A stretch of 64,000 bases of DNA. Source: Eledone cirrhosa (taxonomy: Eukaryota). Position numbers and translations under genes: made by a program. Shown piece by piece: positions 38,981-52,086 of this stretch (position 1 is its first letter; every line of letters starts with the position of its first letter). The DNA lies in NCBI GenBank assembly GCA_964016885.1, contig OZ024752.1, forward strand, positions 17,298,001 through 17,362,000. The letters are read 5' to 3'. Below the pieces are notes generated by a model that searched no databases, was not told the origin of the DNA, and saw nothing but the letters and a program-made list of their open reading frames with translations.

Positions 38981-41900
38981 GATTTCTTTATTAACCACAA
39001 GGGTTTACATAAAGTAGACATTAAGGACAGTGCAGGACAATGCAGGACGGTACAAATGGGCATTTCTGCGTGTAAAAAACAAAAACAGAGGATGTAACAA
39101 AAAATAACAATGAAAAATTCCCCAATAGGGGGGGAGACTTCGGAGGGACATTTGTGGAGAAAGCCCAGTAAAAAGCCACAATGACCCTGACCGCCAAGGC
39201 AAGTGCCCTCTCCCAGTTTTCCACCTTTAATTTACAGATATATACTCAGAGTAGGCCCATTCACTCGGGCCATTCTTGCTTCTCTCACCCATCTTTCAAC
39301 AAAATGCTGGGAAGAGAGCACTTCCCTCTCTACTCTGATTTTCCTTTTCAAATGAAATTTGAAAAAGTCAATCAGAGCATCACCGAAGAGGTAAGTGCTC
39401 GTCTTCAGCCCTTTCAAACGTGTCCACCATACTATCTCTTTCGCCATGGCCACCGGACACATAAAAACTGCCTGCCCTTCCCGGCTAAAGGAGGAGGGCG
39501 GGGCAATCCTCACGATGGACTCAGATGATAGCCGGATCCGTCCTAGACGCGACAGCAGGTGTTCGACATAAACCCACAAGTCAGCAATTTTCGGACACTG
39601 GACGAGTGCGTGCAGGACGGTTTCGTCGCCCTGCGCGCATCTCGGACATGCCCGGCTGACGGCACCTCCATGCCTGTAGAGTTTATCCCGAACTGGCAAG
39701 GCTCCTCGGTAGCACTGCCAGGCCAGAGATTTCTGGAAGTTGTCCATAGGCCCCGGCCCGAAAGTTCTTCCGAAGAGATTGGCTAGTTGATTTTCGTCGA
39801 CGCCTAGAGTTTCCCAAAGTACGTCGTCGCTCTTCCCCTCCACTAATCCTCTATAGAACGCCGAGGTGGAGTTTCCACCGATCACATTGCCCGATTGGTC
39901 GAGGGCTGTGAGCGCCTGAAGACATTCCAGTCTCCAGGCGCTCCCTCTCGGTCTTCGCTTGACCCAGGACTGCAGCTCCGTCAAGGAAACGAGCTGGGGA
40001 AATACGCGCCTAGCAAACGGCGACCACACCTGATCACCGTCGAGGAAGAGGTGGAGATGTCGTAGCCTGAGCGCGTGCCTGCGCATCATCAGCCACGGCA
40101 TGCCCAGCCCTCCACGTAGTGGGTGTTGACAACAGATGGACCGCCTGACCATCGGAGCACGTCCCTTCCACAAAAAGCGAAAGAGCAAACGCTCCAGCGC
40201 AGTCAGGCGAGGCTTAGGACAAGGTACAACGGTCAGGCGGTAGCAGATGACAGACGCGATGTACGCGTTAGCCACCTCCGCTCGACCTTTCAGGGATAGC
40301 TTCCTCTCCGCCCATTTCTGGGTGAGAGAAGCCACCCTGCTCGTCACCTCGTCCCAGTTTTTGTCCGTCTGGAGGTCCGGACCGAACCAGACCCCTAGCA
40401 ATTTAACCGGTCCGTCCGTCCAGCGCCCGACGACGCTGTTGGACGGCATGGACCTGCCTCTCCAGGTGCCGAGCTGCAGGCCCACTGACTTTTCCTGGTT
40501 GATCATTGCTCCTGTCACCGCTTCGTATTCTCTTAGTGTAGTGCCGATCGCCTCGATGTGTTTGGCGTTCGACACCACTACGGTGACATCGTCCGCATAT
40601 GCTGACACGGATCTTCCGCATCCTAGTTCGCGCGGGACTCCCCTCAACGTCTCCAGTTTGTGCAGTAATGGCTCGAGAGTCAATACGTACAAGAGGGACG
40701 AGAGGGGACATCCTTGGCGGACCGAGCGCATGATGTTGAACGGTTCCGACAGGTGACCGTTCACTCTCACCACAGAGCAGATGTCGCTGTGCATGGCAGC
40801 GATCCAGCCTCTGAAGACGGGCCCAAAGCCAGCCGCCCTCAGGACGGCCGCTAGGTAACGATGGTCGACCCTATCGAAAGCTTTCGACTGATCTAAATTG
40901 ATCAAGGACCCACCCGTGCCAGGTTCCTTAGCTACCCTCTCTATGATGTATCGCATGAGGTGGAGGTTGTCGTGGATGGATCTGTCGGGAATGGCGCATG
41001 TCTGCGCCTCTCCCACCAGACCACCAACGACAAGCGCCAACCTCTTTGCTAGCACCTTGGCCAAAATCTTGAACTCTGTGTTTAGCAGAGTTATGGGCCG
41101 GAAATTGTCTATGTTATCCCCCTTGTTCGGATCCTTTCTCAGCAGTGCCACCGCTCCTCGGCTCACAGAACTGGGAATTCTCCCGTTCTGTTGCCAGTTG
41201 CAGTAGACGTCCGCCAAGAGGCTTCCGAACAAGTCTGGCATCTGTACGTAAAGTTCATAGGGCAGACCATCCAAACCAGGCGATTTACCCCTTGTGCAGC
41301 CAGTCATTGCCTCCCTTACTTCAGCGGCTGTTATCGGCTTTTCGCAACACCTCGCCTCAGTGGCCGAGAGCCGCGGCAGTCCGTCGAGGTAGACACTAAA
41401 GTCCATCCCTCTACCTGGCCCCCCGCTGCCCCCGAACAGCTGAGCGAAGTGTCGCTGAAAAGCTTCACACATTTGCCCGGGATCGAGTAGCATGCGCCCG
41501 TCGTGGTCCACCAAAGACCGGATCGTGGCTTTGTTGCCACGACGCGCCTCCGCCACTCGGGCCCATTGAACGGCTTTCGTCCCCTCGTGTCTGAGAGCAC
41601 GCACCCTAGCTCTGACAACGCAGCCTTCGTGCTTTGCATTGAAGAATTGGTCAAGGGCCAATTTCGCCGCAAGCACGTCGGTCGCAATGCCTTTGCTAAG
41701 CGCCTCGTCTAATTTTCTAACTAGTTCTCCCTCTGCTCTATTTTTCTCTATTGCTAAAGCTTTACTAAACCTAATCGATTCTATTCTAATCGCTCTTTTC
41801 AGAGCAAACCACCACTTGTTGTTGACGATGGCCCCCGTCAACGCCCGCTTAACTAGTTCGCTAATCCGGTCTCTGTAGGCCTTGCGCGCTGGTAAGGACT

Positions 41901-43363
41901 CGTTTAGCTTCCAGTAGCCGGGTCCTCGTCTATGAAGCCTATCTAAGTCAAGCACACAGGTCACGAATTTGTGGTCCGTGTAGCTGACTATCTTGAATTG
42001 TGGACAGCCTATGCTAGACCTATCTATTTCCCTACAAAATACTCTATCTAGATATGATCTGGATGACCCTATGCGGTTTGTTCAAGTCCACATTGGCACA
42101 TTCGGGAAATCCAATCGGTACCTGTCAGACAGTTCAAAACGCCTGAGCAGGTTGGTGAGGCTCTTGCACCCTCCACCCCTATCCGCTAATCCCACACAGT
42201 CCCAGCGTGCATCTAAGATCCCGTTCCAGTCGCCCACTAACACTAAAGAGCGGGACGTTCCAAGAAAGGTCTCCAGACGCCGGAAGAAATCAGGCCGCCC
42301 TGCTCCTGTCGGGGCATAGACGGCCACTAGCCTGAAAGCTTGCCCGTCTCCGCTGGTCACGTCCAGCACCACCAGCTTACCCTCTGGGTCCAGGAAGATG
42401 GCTCGTATGGCGAGATCCAAACCTCTCCGAAAAAGCACAGCAACTCCTCCACCCGATCCAGGACGGCTGGGAGATGCGTACACATCGTAGCCGCCGAAGA
42501 TCGGTGCGAAGGCCCGTGCTTCGGAGATTCTGGTCTCGCTGATGGCCACTACATCTATGTTTAGTGACCTGAGGTCGTTGAGCAGGTGACCCTGCTTCCA
42601 TGACGACCCCAAGCCACGCGCATTTATGCTGCCTATTCTGAGTGAGGTCATGTTTAAAATAGAGTGGAAAAGATGGGAAAGACCACTTACCGTACTTTTG
42701 GTAGAGGAGGGATGGTTTTTACATCCCTTTTCACTTGATCGTCTGGTGAAGGGACCGTTGAATCGTCCCTTCGGCTGGTCGTCGGCTCTTCTAAGAGAAT
42801 GTCTGAATATACTCTTCGATTGATGGTTCCTCCTAGGTCCCTGAAATCACCAACTGCGTTGGGGAATTTCGTTTTAATGTTTGTGTATTGTTTCTGTGCT
42901 ATTTTTAGCAGTCTTATGTTAGTTGGCGTTTTGATTGGTGCTGGTATTATGTAGTCCTGTTGTGAAATGTCTGTGTGTTCAATTATGTAAGTCATTAGTT
43001 TCTTGTTGTGTGTGTTTATTGCCGTGCATTTGTTTTTCTGGGGGTGGGGTGTGGTTCTGCTATTTTCTTGTCGTTGTTGCTGGGTGTGTGTGTTTTGTTG
43101 TTGTGTTTGCGATGTTGGTGCTTGTGGTAGTGGTGTTGAAGGTGTTGTTGGCGGTGGGGTTGTCGCCGGTGGTGATGGTGGTGCTGGTGTGGGTGGTGAT
43201 GGTGTTGGTGGTGTTGCTGCTGTGGGTCTCTTTGCAGTAGACTTTACCCTTTTCTCATTTCTTTCCTCCCTTTTCAAAGGCGACGATGCGCTGCTTCTGC
43301 GTTTGTGCCTTCTTGCGACCTTTTGCCATCCCTCTCCCACCTCACACTCCATGTCTGATTCTG
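38981..43363 (-). mobile_element. 5'-truncated second copy of the Tx1 element (ORF2 39232-42651 with the same TGA at 42082-42084)
   Basis: Matches 800-5182 at offset 38181; identity ends within ORF1. Confidence 0.92.
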
Positions 43364-43659
43364 CGGAGTCCGCCAAATCTATCATAGACTAGGGGAGGGG
43401 GTGGGGGTACTAAGGCTACAAGGGGCCAAAGGGCAGCCTCGGGTGGGCGAGAAAAGACGCCGACAAAGGAGAAGAGCTGGGGTAGAAGGACTAAGGAGAG
43501 AGAGGGGAAGGAAATAAAGGAAGCGATAAAAGAATACAAAGAAGATCTTACGTCTCCCTTGGCAAGCAGGGGTTACCCATTGCAAAATCGGCAAGTGGGG
43601 TGTTATAGCCCTAGTCTACCCCCCGGGTCATTATACAAATATATATATATATATATATT

Positions 43660-43721
<62 letters not shown>

Positions 43722-43830
43722 TATAATATATAATATATGTAGTAATAAACACAGTAAATTGTGTGTCTAAAATTACGAGGGCTGAGATACCACATTGGTT
43801 TGACAAATTTAACCTGAAGCAAACGGAAAA

Positions 43831-44308
43831 TCTATGTATGTAAAACAGGTGTCTGTCTGTCTGTTTGTGTAACCGCATGAATTTCTACATTTTACATAGG
43901 TTTCTGAAGTCCTATTACGCGTCGTAGGCTATTTTATTTTTCCGTACCTCGATTGTGGGGTCCCCCAGTGGCAGGTAACCCCCTTAAGCCTCTCGATTGG
44001 AGTCAGCAGCACTACTGCATAAAGGCCCCATAATTCCTGCAGTTTGTCTCCCATCTTCACCAAAATTAATCTTTTGTTTACTTATGGCTTACAAATAAAT
44101 TTGCAGGCATGCACTTGCGCAGAAATTCAGGTAGGGGACCCCTTGGGGGCAGTAAACCGACTTGATGAATGTTGAAGTGGATATCATCAATGGAACAAAA
44201 CGTCATAACTGCTTCAGTTGGTGTTTGGTTTTCACGAAGCGAGACGTATTGGTTACCAATGGCTTATAAAGGAAGGTGATCACATGAACTTTTACTTGAA
44301 CTTATCAA
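43831..44308 (+). mobile_element. Helitron 5' non-coding segment, inverted copy of 17643-18123
   Basis: TCTATGTATGTAAAACAGGTGTCTGTCTG start and continuous alignment to the reverse complement of 17643-18123. Confidence 0.75.
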
Positions 44309-44369
44309 GACGTAAAATAAGAAAATTTCAAAAAATTTTTTAAAAATTAACTTACTTACTAAAATTTTC

Positions 44370-44451
44370 ACTCCAACTAATTAGTTTCTGCAATGGGATA
44401 AAGACAGCTACGTAATATAACTGTCGAGAATTCATTGCGTCATCAGGGAGT
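44370..44451 (-). ncRNA. Hammerhead ribozyme (inverted copy)
   Basis: Reverse complement of 45352-45433. Confidence 0.75.
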
Positions 44452-45351
44452 CTATTCTCAGCTAAGTCTCCAGGCAATGCGCGGACACTGGGGGCTCATA
44501 TAAAAATAATAATAATTCGGTAGATGGAACAGCTAGCGGGGACTGGATTCCATGTACTGAAAAGCTCGCTGTCTCTGGTCAAATGGCAGATTCTAAAGAA
44601 TCAATCACGTGACACTGAGGCTAGTCGGTAGGAGTGGGAAGGTAAGATGACAGAAGCCTACTATCACACCAATAAATTAGTAGTGGTTTTGGCAGGTTTG
44701 CTAAAAAAATAAGTAATTTGGAGATAAATATAGAGAATTTAGTATATCTACTAACATATGCGTACAGATGTACGCTAATGCCAGCAAATACACAGGTTAA
44801 CGCAATGACGCAGATGACGCAATGAATTCTCGACAGTTATATTACGTAACTGTCTTTATCCCATTGCAGAAACTAATTAGTTGGAGTGAAAATTATAGTA
44901 AGTAAGTTAATTTAAAAAAAAATTTTTTAAATTTTCTTATTTTACGTCTTTTATATTATTGTTCTGCATCCTCCTGCATTGAACCACCTAGGTACTATGA
45001 CTTAACCTGTGTATTTGCTGGCATTAGCGTACATCTGTACGCATATGTTAGTAGATATACTAAATTCTCTATATTTATCTCCAAATTACTTATTTGTTGA
45101 GCAAACCTGCCAAAACCACTACTAATTTATTGGTGTGATAGTAGGCCTCTGTCATCTTACCATCCCACTCCCTACCGACTAGCCTCAGTGTCACGTGATT
45201 GATTCTTTAGAATCTGCCATTTGACCAGAGACAGCGAGCTTTTCAGTACATGGAATCCAGTCGCCGCTAGCTGTTCCATCTACCTAATTATTATTATTTT
45301 TATATGAGTCCCCAGTGTCCGCGCATTGCCTGGAGACTTAGCTGAGAATAG

Positions 45352-45433
45352 ACTCCCTGATGACGCAATGAATTCTCGACAGTTATATTACGTAACTGTC
45401 TTTATCCCATTGCAGAAACTAATTAGTTGGAGT
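45352..45433 (+). ncRNA. Type-I hammerhead ribozyme with extended stem II
   Basis: actcc-CTGATGA-c gcaatg[..gacagtta/taactgtc..]cattgc a-GAAAC taatta GTT-ggagt; stem III palindrome AACTAATTAGTT. Confidence 0.8.
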
Positions 45434-45622
45434 GAAAATTTTAGTAAGTAAGTTAATTTAAAAAAAATTTTTTTAATTTTCTTATTTTACGTCTTTTATA
45501 TTATTGTTCTGCATCCTCCTGCATTGAACCACCTAGGTACTATGACATAACCTGTGTATTTGCTGGCATTAGCGTACATATGTGCGCATATGTTAGTAGA
45601 TATACTAAATTCTCTCTCTTTC

Positions 45623-45725
<103 letters not shown>

Positions 45726-45771
45726 CTACATATATATTACTACATATATATATTACTACATATATATATAT

Positions 45772-48700
45772 ATGTCCTGGGTATGACATTAAACTACATC
45801 TAGTGGCAAGGCTCCAGTTCGGGAGTTCAGGAGATGTGGGGAATGTGGAGTTACCCCTTAGTTGTCATGACTCCCAGGTCTGCCCTGGCCCGGGGTGGTA
45901 GTACCTGTTAGGGCTCCATTTATGGGTTAAATAACTACCTTATTCGAGTGGCGCCGGTAAGGTATTGTCAGCCATTGAAAAGAAATATGGAGAGTCGATC
46001 TAACAGCACTAGGGTTAGAGCCCCTAATTACACTGTCAAGGAGCAGCCTGGTCGTTATGACTCTGCTGGCTTAGAGCCACAGAGAGGGCCAGTGGATGAT
46101 GGATCAGCTGTCTCTGAGACAAATATAAAGAATGCAGTTTTGTCCTGCAGAAGAGCCATCAAAATGGGCACTTTGAATGTGAGGACTATTCGAACGCTGG
46201 AGAAGAGAGAGGAGTTGGGACATCTGTTCGAGGAGAGTGGTATACAGATACTTGCGATCCAAGAACACAGGATTCTACACGATGAGCCCGTGAGGAGTGT
46301 GATGATCGGGAGGAAGAACCAGCTCATCACTACATCGGCAGTGAAGAACACAACAAATGCTGCAGTAGGAGGAGTGGGTTTTGTGTTCAGTGCAAAAACC
46401 AATCTGTTGGTGAGGGAAATAATGCCTATCTCCCCGCGAGTGTTGAGGGTGACCTTCAATGGAAACCCAAGACTGACAGTCATCTCAGCCTATAGTCCAA
46501 CCGAGGGGGACAGTGATGTGAATGCCGAGGAGTTCCATGAGGAGGTGTGTAGAGCTGTCAACACCACTCAGGCACACAATATCCTGCTTGTTTTGGGGGA
46601 CTTCAATGCACATCTGAGTAAGGAGGGCAGTGAAGATCCTTGCTGGTACGTCCATAACAACACCAACCGAAATGGAAGACTACTGAGAGACACCCTGCTG
46701 GAGGCGAACTTGATGGCGACCAACCTAGGGTTTAGGAAGAATCTGGGGGAAGATGTGGATCTACATCTCAGATATGCACCTGTCCAAGTCCCAGATTGAT
46801 TTCATTCTGGTGAGGAAAAAGTGGCGGAATAGTGTTCTGAACACGGAACCATATAGCTATTTCAGTACACTGGGTAGTGACCACCGGCTTGTTATGAGTG
46901 AGGTCCGCGTGAGCTTAAGAAAGAGCAAGGCTCAGCCCCGGAGAACAATCTATGACTGGGGAGCTTTCAAGGAAGATGATAAGCTACAGGAGAGGTTCAC
47001 AGTGGAAGTGAGAAACAGGTTTAGTGCTCTGTGTGGAGAGTCAGAGGAGAGAGAGATTGGATGGACTGAGGAGAGTGTGACGAGGAGGTACGGGCACTTC
47101 ACCAATGCAGTGGCGAAAGCAAGTGAAACCCTGGTGCCGAGGAAAAAGAACAAAGGGAAGCACGTCAGCTCTGCAAACCCAAAAGTGTGTGCAGCCAGAG
47201 AACACCTGAAAGCTGCCAGGGACCAATTCTATGCTGATCCTACGGAGGAGAGGATGGAGACTGTGGAGGTGATGAGGGAGGAGCTCTGTGCCGCTTGCAC
47301 TGAGGTCAGAGAGGAGGCACTGATAGAGAAGATCAGAAGTGTGGAGAGAGCGGTTGACAGATCTGGATGTAAGGAGAGCTGGATGATCATCAACGAGATC
47401 ACAGGGAGGAAGAAAAGGTGTTCGAGTCAGATCCAGGGAACGGGGCCCGAGGATAGGAAGAGGAAATGGCTAGACCATTTTAGGACCCTACTAGGAGAGC
47501 CACCCTCCACAGCTCAGAGCACTGGGGATATCAGGCGGCTGTTTGAGGAACTGGATGTTGAGACAGAGCCCTTCACCAGAGAGGAGCTTCAGAGAGCCAG
47601 GAGGAAGATCAAGGAGGGCAAGGCTCATGGAGAAGATGGAGTGGCATCAGAGGTGATGAAGAGGTGTGATTTTGATGATATCATCCTGGGGTTCTGTAAC
47701 GGGGCACTGGAGAAAGGAGTTGCCCCGAATCAGTGGAGGATCAGTGGCATCGTCCCAGTGCCAAAGAAGGGAGATCTCTCTGGCACCAACAACTACCGGG
47801 GGATCTCACTGACGTCACTTGTGGCAAAGACCCTCAACAGGATGATTCTTAACAGGATCCAGCCTGAGATGGAGAAGAAGCTCAGGGACAACCAGAACGG
47901 CTTCAGAGAGGGTAGATCAACCACCAGTCACATCCTGATGCTGAGGAGGATATTAGAGGGAGCTAGAGCAAAGTGCCTTCCTGCGGTCATGGTTTTCATT
48001 GACTTTAGGAAGGCCTTTGATTCTGTGGACCGTTACTGCCTGATGAAGATCTTACAGGCTTATGGAATCCCCAAGAGGATAGTGGACCTGATATCATTGC
48101 TCTACACCAACACCAAAGCCCAACTCATTACACCTGATGGGATGACAGAGTTCTTTGAGATACTGGCTGGAGTGCTCCAGGGAGATACATTGGCTCCCTA
48201 CCTTTTTATCATCGTAGTGGACTATTGTATGCGCCTTGCACTGGAGAAACACCAGGACTCTGGCTTTATTGTAGCACCGGCTCAGAGCAGGAGAGTTGGG
48301 GCGAAAAAGGTATCGGATGCTGAATTTGCCTACGACATAATTTTGGTGACAAATACAGTGAAGGAGGCAGAGGATTTGATGCGGGAGGTTGAGGCTGTGT
48401 CGATGAGTGTGGGGCTGAGAATGAATGAGACTAAAACAAAATATCTGGTAGAGAATGTTGAGAAGCCAGAGGGGATCACTAATGTAGGCGGGAAGCCGCT
48501 GGAATTGGTTGAGGACTTCCTGTATTTGGGAGCAAAGATTGGGAATGCGGAGGATGATGTGGTTGAGAGGAAGAGCAAGGCCTGGGCGGCGTGTCACAGC
48601 TTGAGATCGGTGTGGAAGTCGGACCTTCGTAGAGACCTGAAAATCCGCCTCTTCATTGCTGTAGTGGAGTCTGTGCTGCTGTATGGGTCTGAGACTTGGA

Positions 48701-49083
48701 CACTGACCAAAAGACTCACTCAGATGGTGGATGGGTGCTACACGAGAATGCTGAGGATGGCTCTGAACATTAATCAGTATACACTGAGGATGAAAAACTC
48801 AGAGCTGTATGGGAGCATCCCAAAAGTCAGCTCAAAAGTGACACAGAGAAGACTGAGGTTGGCTGGACATGCTCACCGACATCCAGAGTTGACATTGCAC
48901 TCAGTGCTCCTTTGGGAGCCCCTACATGGACACACTAGAAGAGGAAGACCAAGGTTAACATATGTTGATGCCCTAAGGACAGACACTGGTTTGTTGGAGA
49001 TGCAGGATATGGCAGCGATAATGAGGGACAGAGACCGCTGGAGAGAACTCGTCCATGGATCTCGGGAATTTTACCCGCCTTAG
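45772..49083 (+). mobile_element. Near full-length RTE-clade LINE (APE + RT), inactive
   Basis: TLNVRT, IQEHR, AYSPT, GDFNA, QIDFIL, SDH, YRGISL, QNGFR, IDFRKAFDS, QGDTLAP, RGRP. One extra G at 46745-46749; catalytic motif reads FAYD; flanked by (TA)n. Confidence 0.9.
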
Positions 49084-49356
49084 ATATATATATAGGCGAT
49101 GAATTAGTTTTGCGAGGTTTTTATATGAAATCGTGTGTCGAAACAAATATTGTTATACTTGGGGAGGGTCATATTTGTGTAATATTGCCAGAATTAATAA
49201 CAGAACACACTCACTGTTTGGTTGGTTTTCGCTTTTCGCTTCTCTGTCTTTTATATCGGTAATCTAATTTATTCGGTCCTCAATGTTGCCATTGACTGAC
49301 CAACGGTCAAAAATAATACAGATACAATATAGACACAAACACATATATATAGTTTA

Positions 49357-49396
49357 TCAAAGTTCTTTCGTTGCACATCTGCAACATCTTCAGTGG
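49357..49396 (-). ncRNA. Minimal hammerhead in pLTR
   Basis: ca-CTGAAGA-t gttgca gatg tgcaac-GAAA gaa CTT-tg; stem I only about 2 bp. Confidence 0.6.
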
Positions 49397-51749
49397 TGCT
49401 ATTGTTTCCTCCCGTTACATTGTATGTCTACGCCATCTTTATTTAGTATGTTTATATATTTATTTATTTATTTGTTTGTTTGTTTATTTTATTTTGTCTT
49501 CTTTGCGCATGCGTTTGCGTGTGTGTATAGTATTTTGTTTGATGTGTGTTCGTGATTGGGTGACTGTGTATCGGTTAATGTATTCTATCTTTACTAGTGT
49601 GTGTTTATATGTGTTTGTTATTATTGTGCTTGTGTATGTATTTATTTATTTATTTATCTATTTATTTATTTATTTATGCTTCTCTTAGGTCAGTGTTGTT
49701 TGTTTGGGTGTTGTTGTTATTCCATTCATTCTTTCTGTTTAGTTTTGGCCTTCTAAGTTCTATTTCACTGGCCTCTCTGATTTGCCTATCTGCTGGGTCA
49801 TTTCTATGTTTAGATATTATTCTAATTTCTATGTTGTCTATGTTACCGTCGTGTTGTTGTCTGGCATGTTCGTATAGTACTGATCCGTTTTTTCGTCCTT
49901 TTAGTTCCCCCCAGTGTTGGTCTATCCTTTCACCTATGCTACGAGCTGTCTCGCCTATGTATGTTGTTATCATGTTTCTGCAAGTACCCTCTGTACATCT
50001 TATGCTATAGACTACGTTTCTAGTTTTACAGTTTATCCGGGGGTTTACCTTACATATGATACATTTCCTATTAGTACAGTGGGTTTTCTTAAAAGGGTAG
50101 GTTTTGCTGATCAGGGATTTTATGGTAGTTTCTGGCTTTTCTACCACCTTAATCTTTAAGTGGGTCTTTCTCAGGGCCTTTCTACACTGGTTAGCTAATT
50201 TCCCTCCAGGGGTAGCGTCAACAAACATGACACTCTGGTATCTCTGGTTGTCGTACCATGAGGTGGCTTTCCCTATCTTATGTCTAGCCCTATCTAAGCA
50301 ATTCCATGATTTGCTCCTGTATAATGGGCAAATTCCTTTCATGTCCAGTTCTATGAGGGTCTTATACTTCTCCATGGCTCCTTCGTATACTCTGACTCTG
50401 TCTCTTTGGTTGTAGCCAGAGAACTGCATGCGGTTGATGAAGTGTTGGATGTGTCTTTCCATTTCTGTTGGGTCGCACATGCGGGACACATTCTTCATCA
50501 CTCGTACCAAATCTGCGATCAGAATATTAAACTTAGCACTACTGGACATTGCTGAGTTTTTGAGTATCAGGTATTTGGAGGCCATGGGTTTAGCATAGTG
50601 TGAGTGGAGAATTTGGGCTCTCTCGTCTATAGTGTTAATCCAGAGTTCCGTGTCTAATACAGGTAGTCTATTGTTAGGGTGTTTGGAAGGGTAGTCGATA
50701 GTTACAGTTATACTCTGGTGTATGGAATTAGCTATCTGCTGGATGCTTTCCATTGTGCTACGTTCTAAATCAAACTTGTTAGTGCTCTCTAGTGAGGATG
50801 TTCTTATAACTATATTGATATCGTCTACGTAACGAGAGTACATGATGAGGTCTATGGAGCTCTCATTAAGGAGATCTTTAAGTCTCCTTTCCCACCATAC
50901 CATAAAAAGGTTGGCAACATCACCAGCTATGCTGGTGATGTTACCAACGTTGCTAACCAGTGTAGAAAGGCCCTGAGAAAGACCCACTTAAAGATTAAGG
51001 TGGTAGAAAAGCCAGAAACTACCATAAAATCCCTGATCAGCAAAACCTACCCTTTTAAGAAAACCCACTGTACTAATAGGAAATGTATCATATGTAAGGT
51101 AAACCCCCGGATAAACTGTAAAACTAGAAACGTAGTCTATAGCATAAGATGTACAGAGGGTACTCGCAGAACATGACTACAACATACATAGGCGAGACAG
51201 CTCGTAGCATAGGTGAAAGGATAGACCAACACTGGGGGGAACTAAAAGGACAAAAAAACGGGTCAGTACTATGCGAACATGCCAGACAACAACACGACGG
51301 TAACATAGACAACATAGAAATTAGAATAATATCTAAACATAGAAATGACCCAGCAGATAAGCAAATCAGAGAGGCCAGTGAAATAGAACTTAGAAGGTCA
51401 AGACTAAACAGAAAGAATGAATGGAATAACTACAACACCCAAACAAACAACACTGACCTAAGAGAAGCATAAATAAATAAATAAATAGATAAATAAATAA
51501 ATAAATACATACCCAAGCACAATAACAACAAACACATATAAACACACACTAGTAAAGATAGAATACATTAACCGATACACAGTCACCCAATCACGAACAC
51601 ACATCAAACAAAACACTATACACACACGCAAACGCATGCGCAAAGAAGACAAAATAAAATAAACAAACAAACAAATAAATAAATAAATATATAAACAGAC
51701 TAAATAAAGATGGCGTAGACATACAATGTAACGGGAGGAAACAATAGCA

Positions 51750-51789
51750 CCACTGACGATGTTGCAGATGTGCAACGAAAGAACTTTGA
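51750..51789 (+). ncRNA. Minimal hammerhead in the inverted pLTR
   Basis: Same as 49357-49396 but CTGACGA (change at the free N7 position). Confidence 0.6.
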
Positions 51790-51991
51790 TAAACTATATA
51801 TATGTGTTTGTGTCTATATTGTATCTGTATTATTTTTGACCGTTGGTCAGTCAATGGCAACATTGAGGACCGAATAAATTAGATTACCGATATAAAAGAC
51901 AGAGACGCGAAAAGCGAAAACCAACCAAACAGTGAGTGTGTTCTGTTATTAATTCTGGCAATATTACACAAATATGACCCTCCCCAAGTAT

Positions 51992-52086
<95 letters not shown>

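Larger units (their letters stand above)
44309..45610 (+). mobile_element. ORF-less Penelope-type pLTR array: inverted copy (44309-44799) plus about 1.5 tandem 546-bp units
   Basis: aatgaattctcgac at 44821 and 45367; reverse-complement copy at 44309-44799; hammerhead motif in each unit (5'-truncated at 44813). Confidence 0.85.
49147..51999 (-). mobile_element. Penelope-like element (Naiad-like), 5'-truncated, with a ~1.05-kb inverted pLTR
   Basis: ORF 49674-50935: RYVDD, LPVLD, Y.KPMAS, FSGY, NVVYSIRC..YIGET.R...R...H. Arms 49147-50195 and 50952-51999. Confidence 0.9.

Noticed and set aside
49674-50987. Selenocysteine-encoding Naiad-type PLE
   Set aside because: No in-frame TGA in the preserved ORF and no SECIS recognised.
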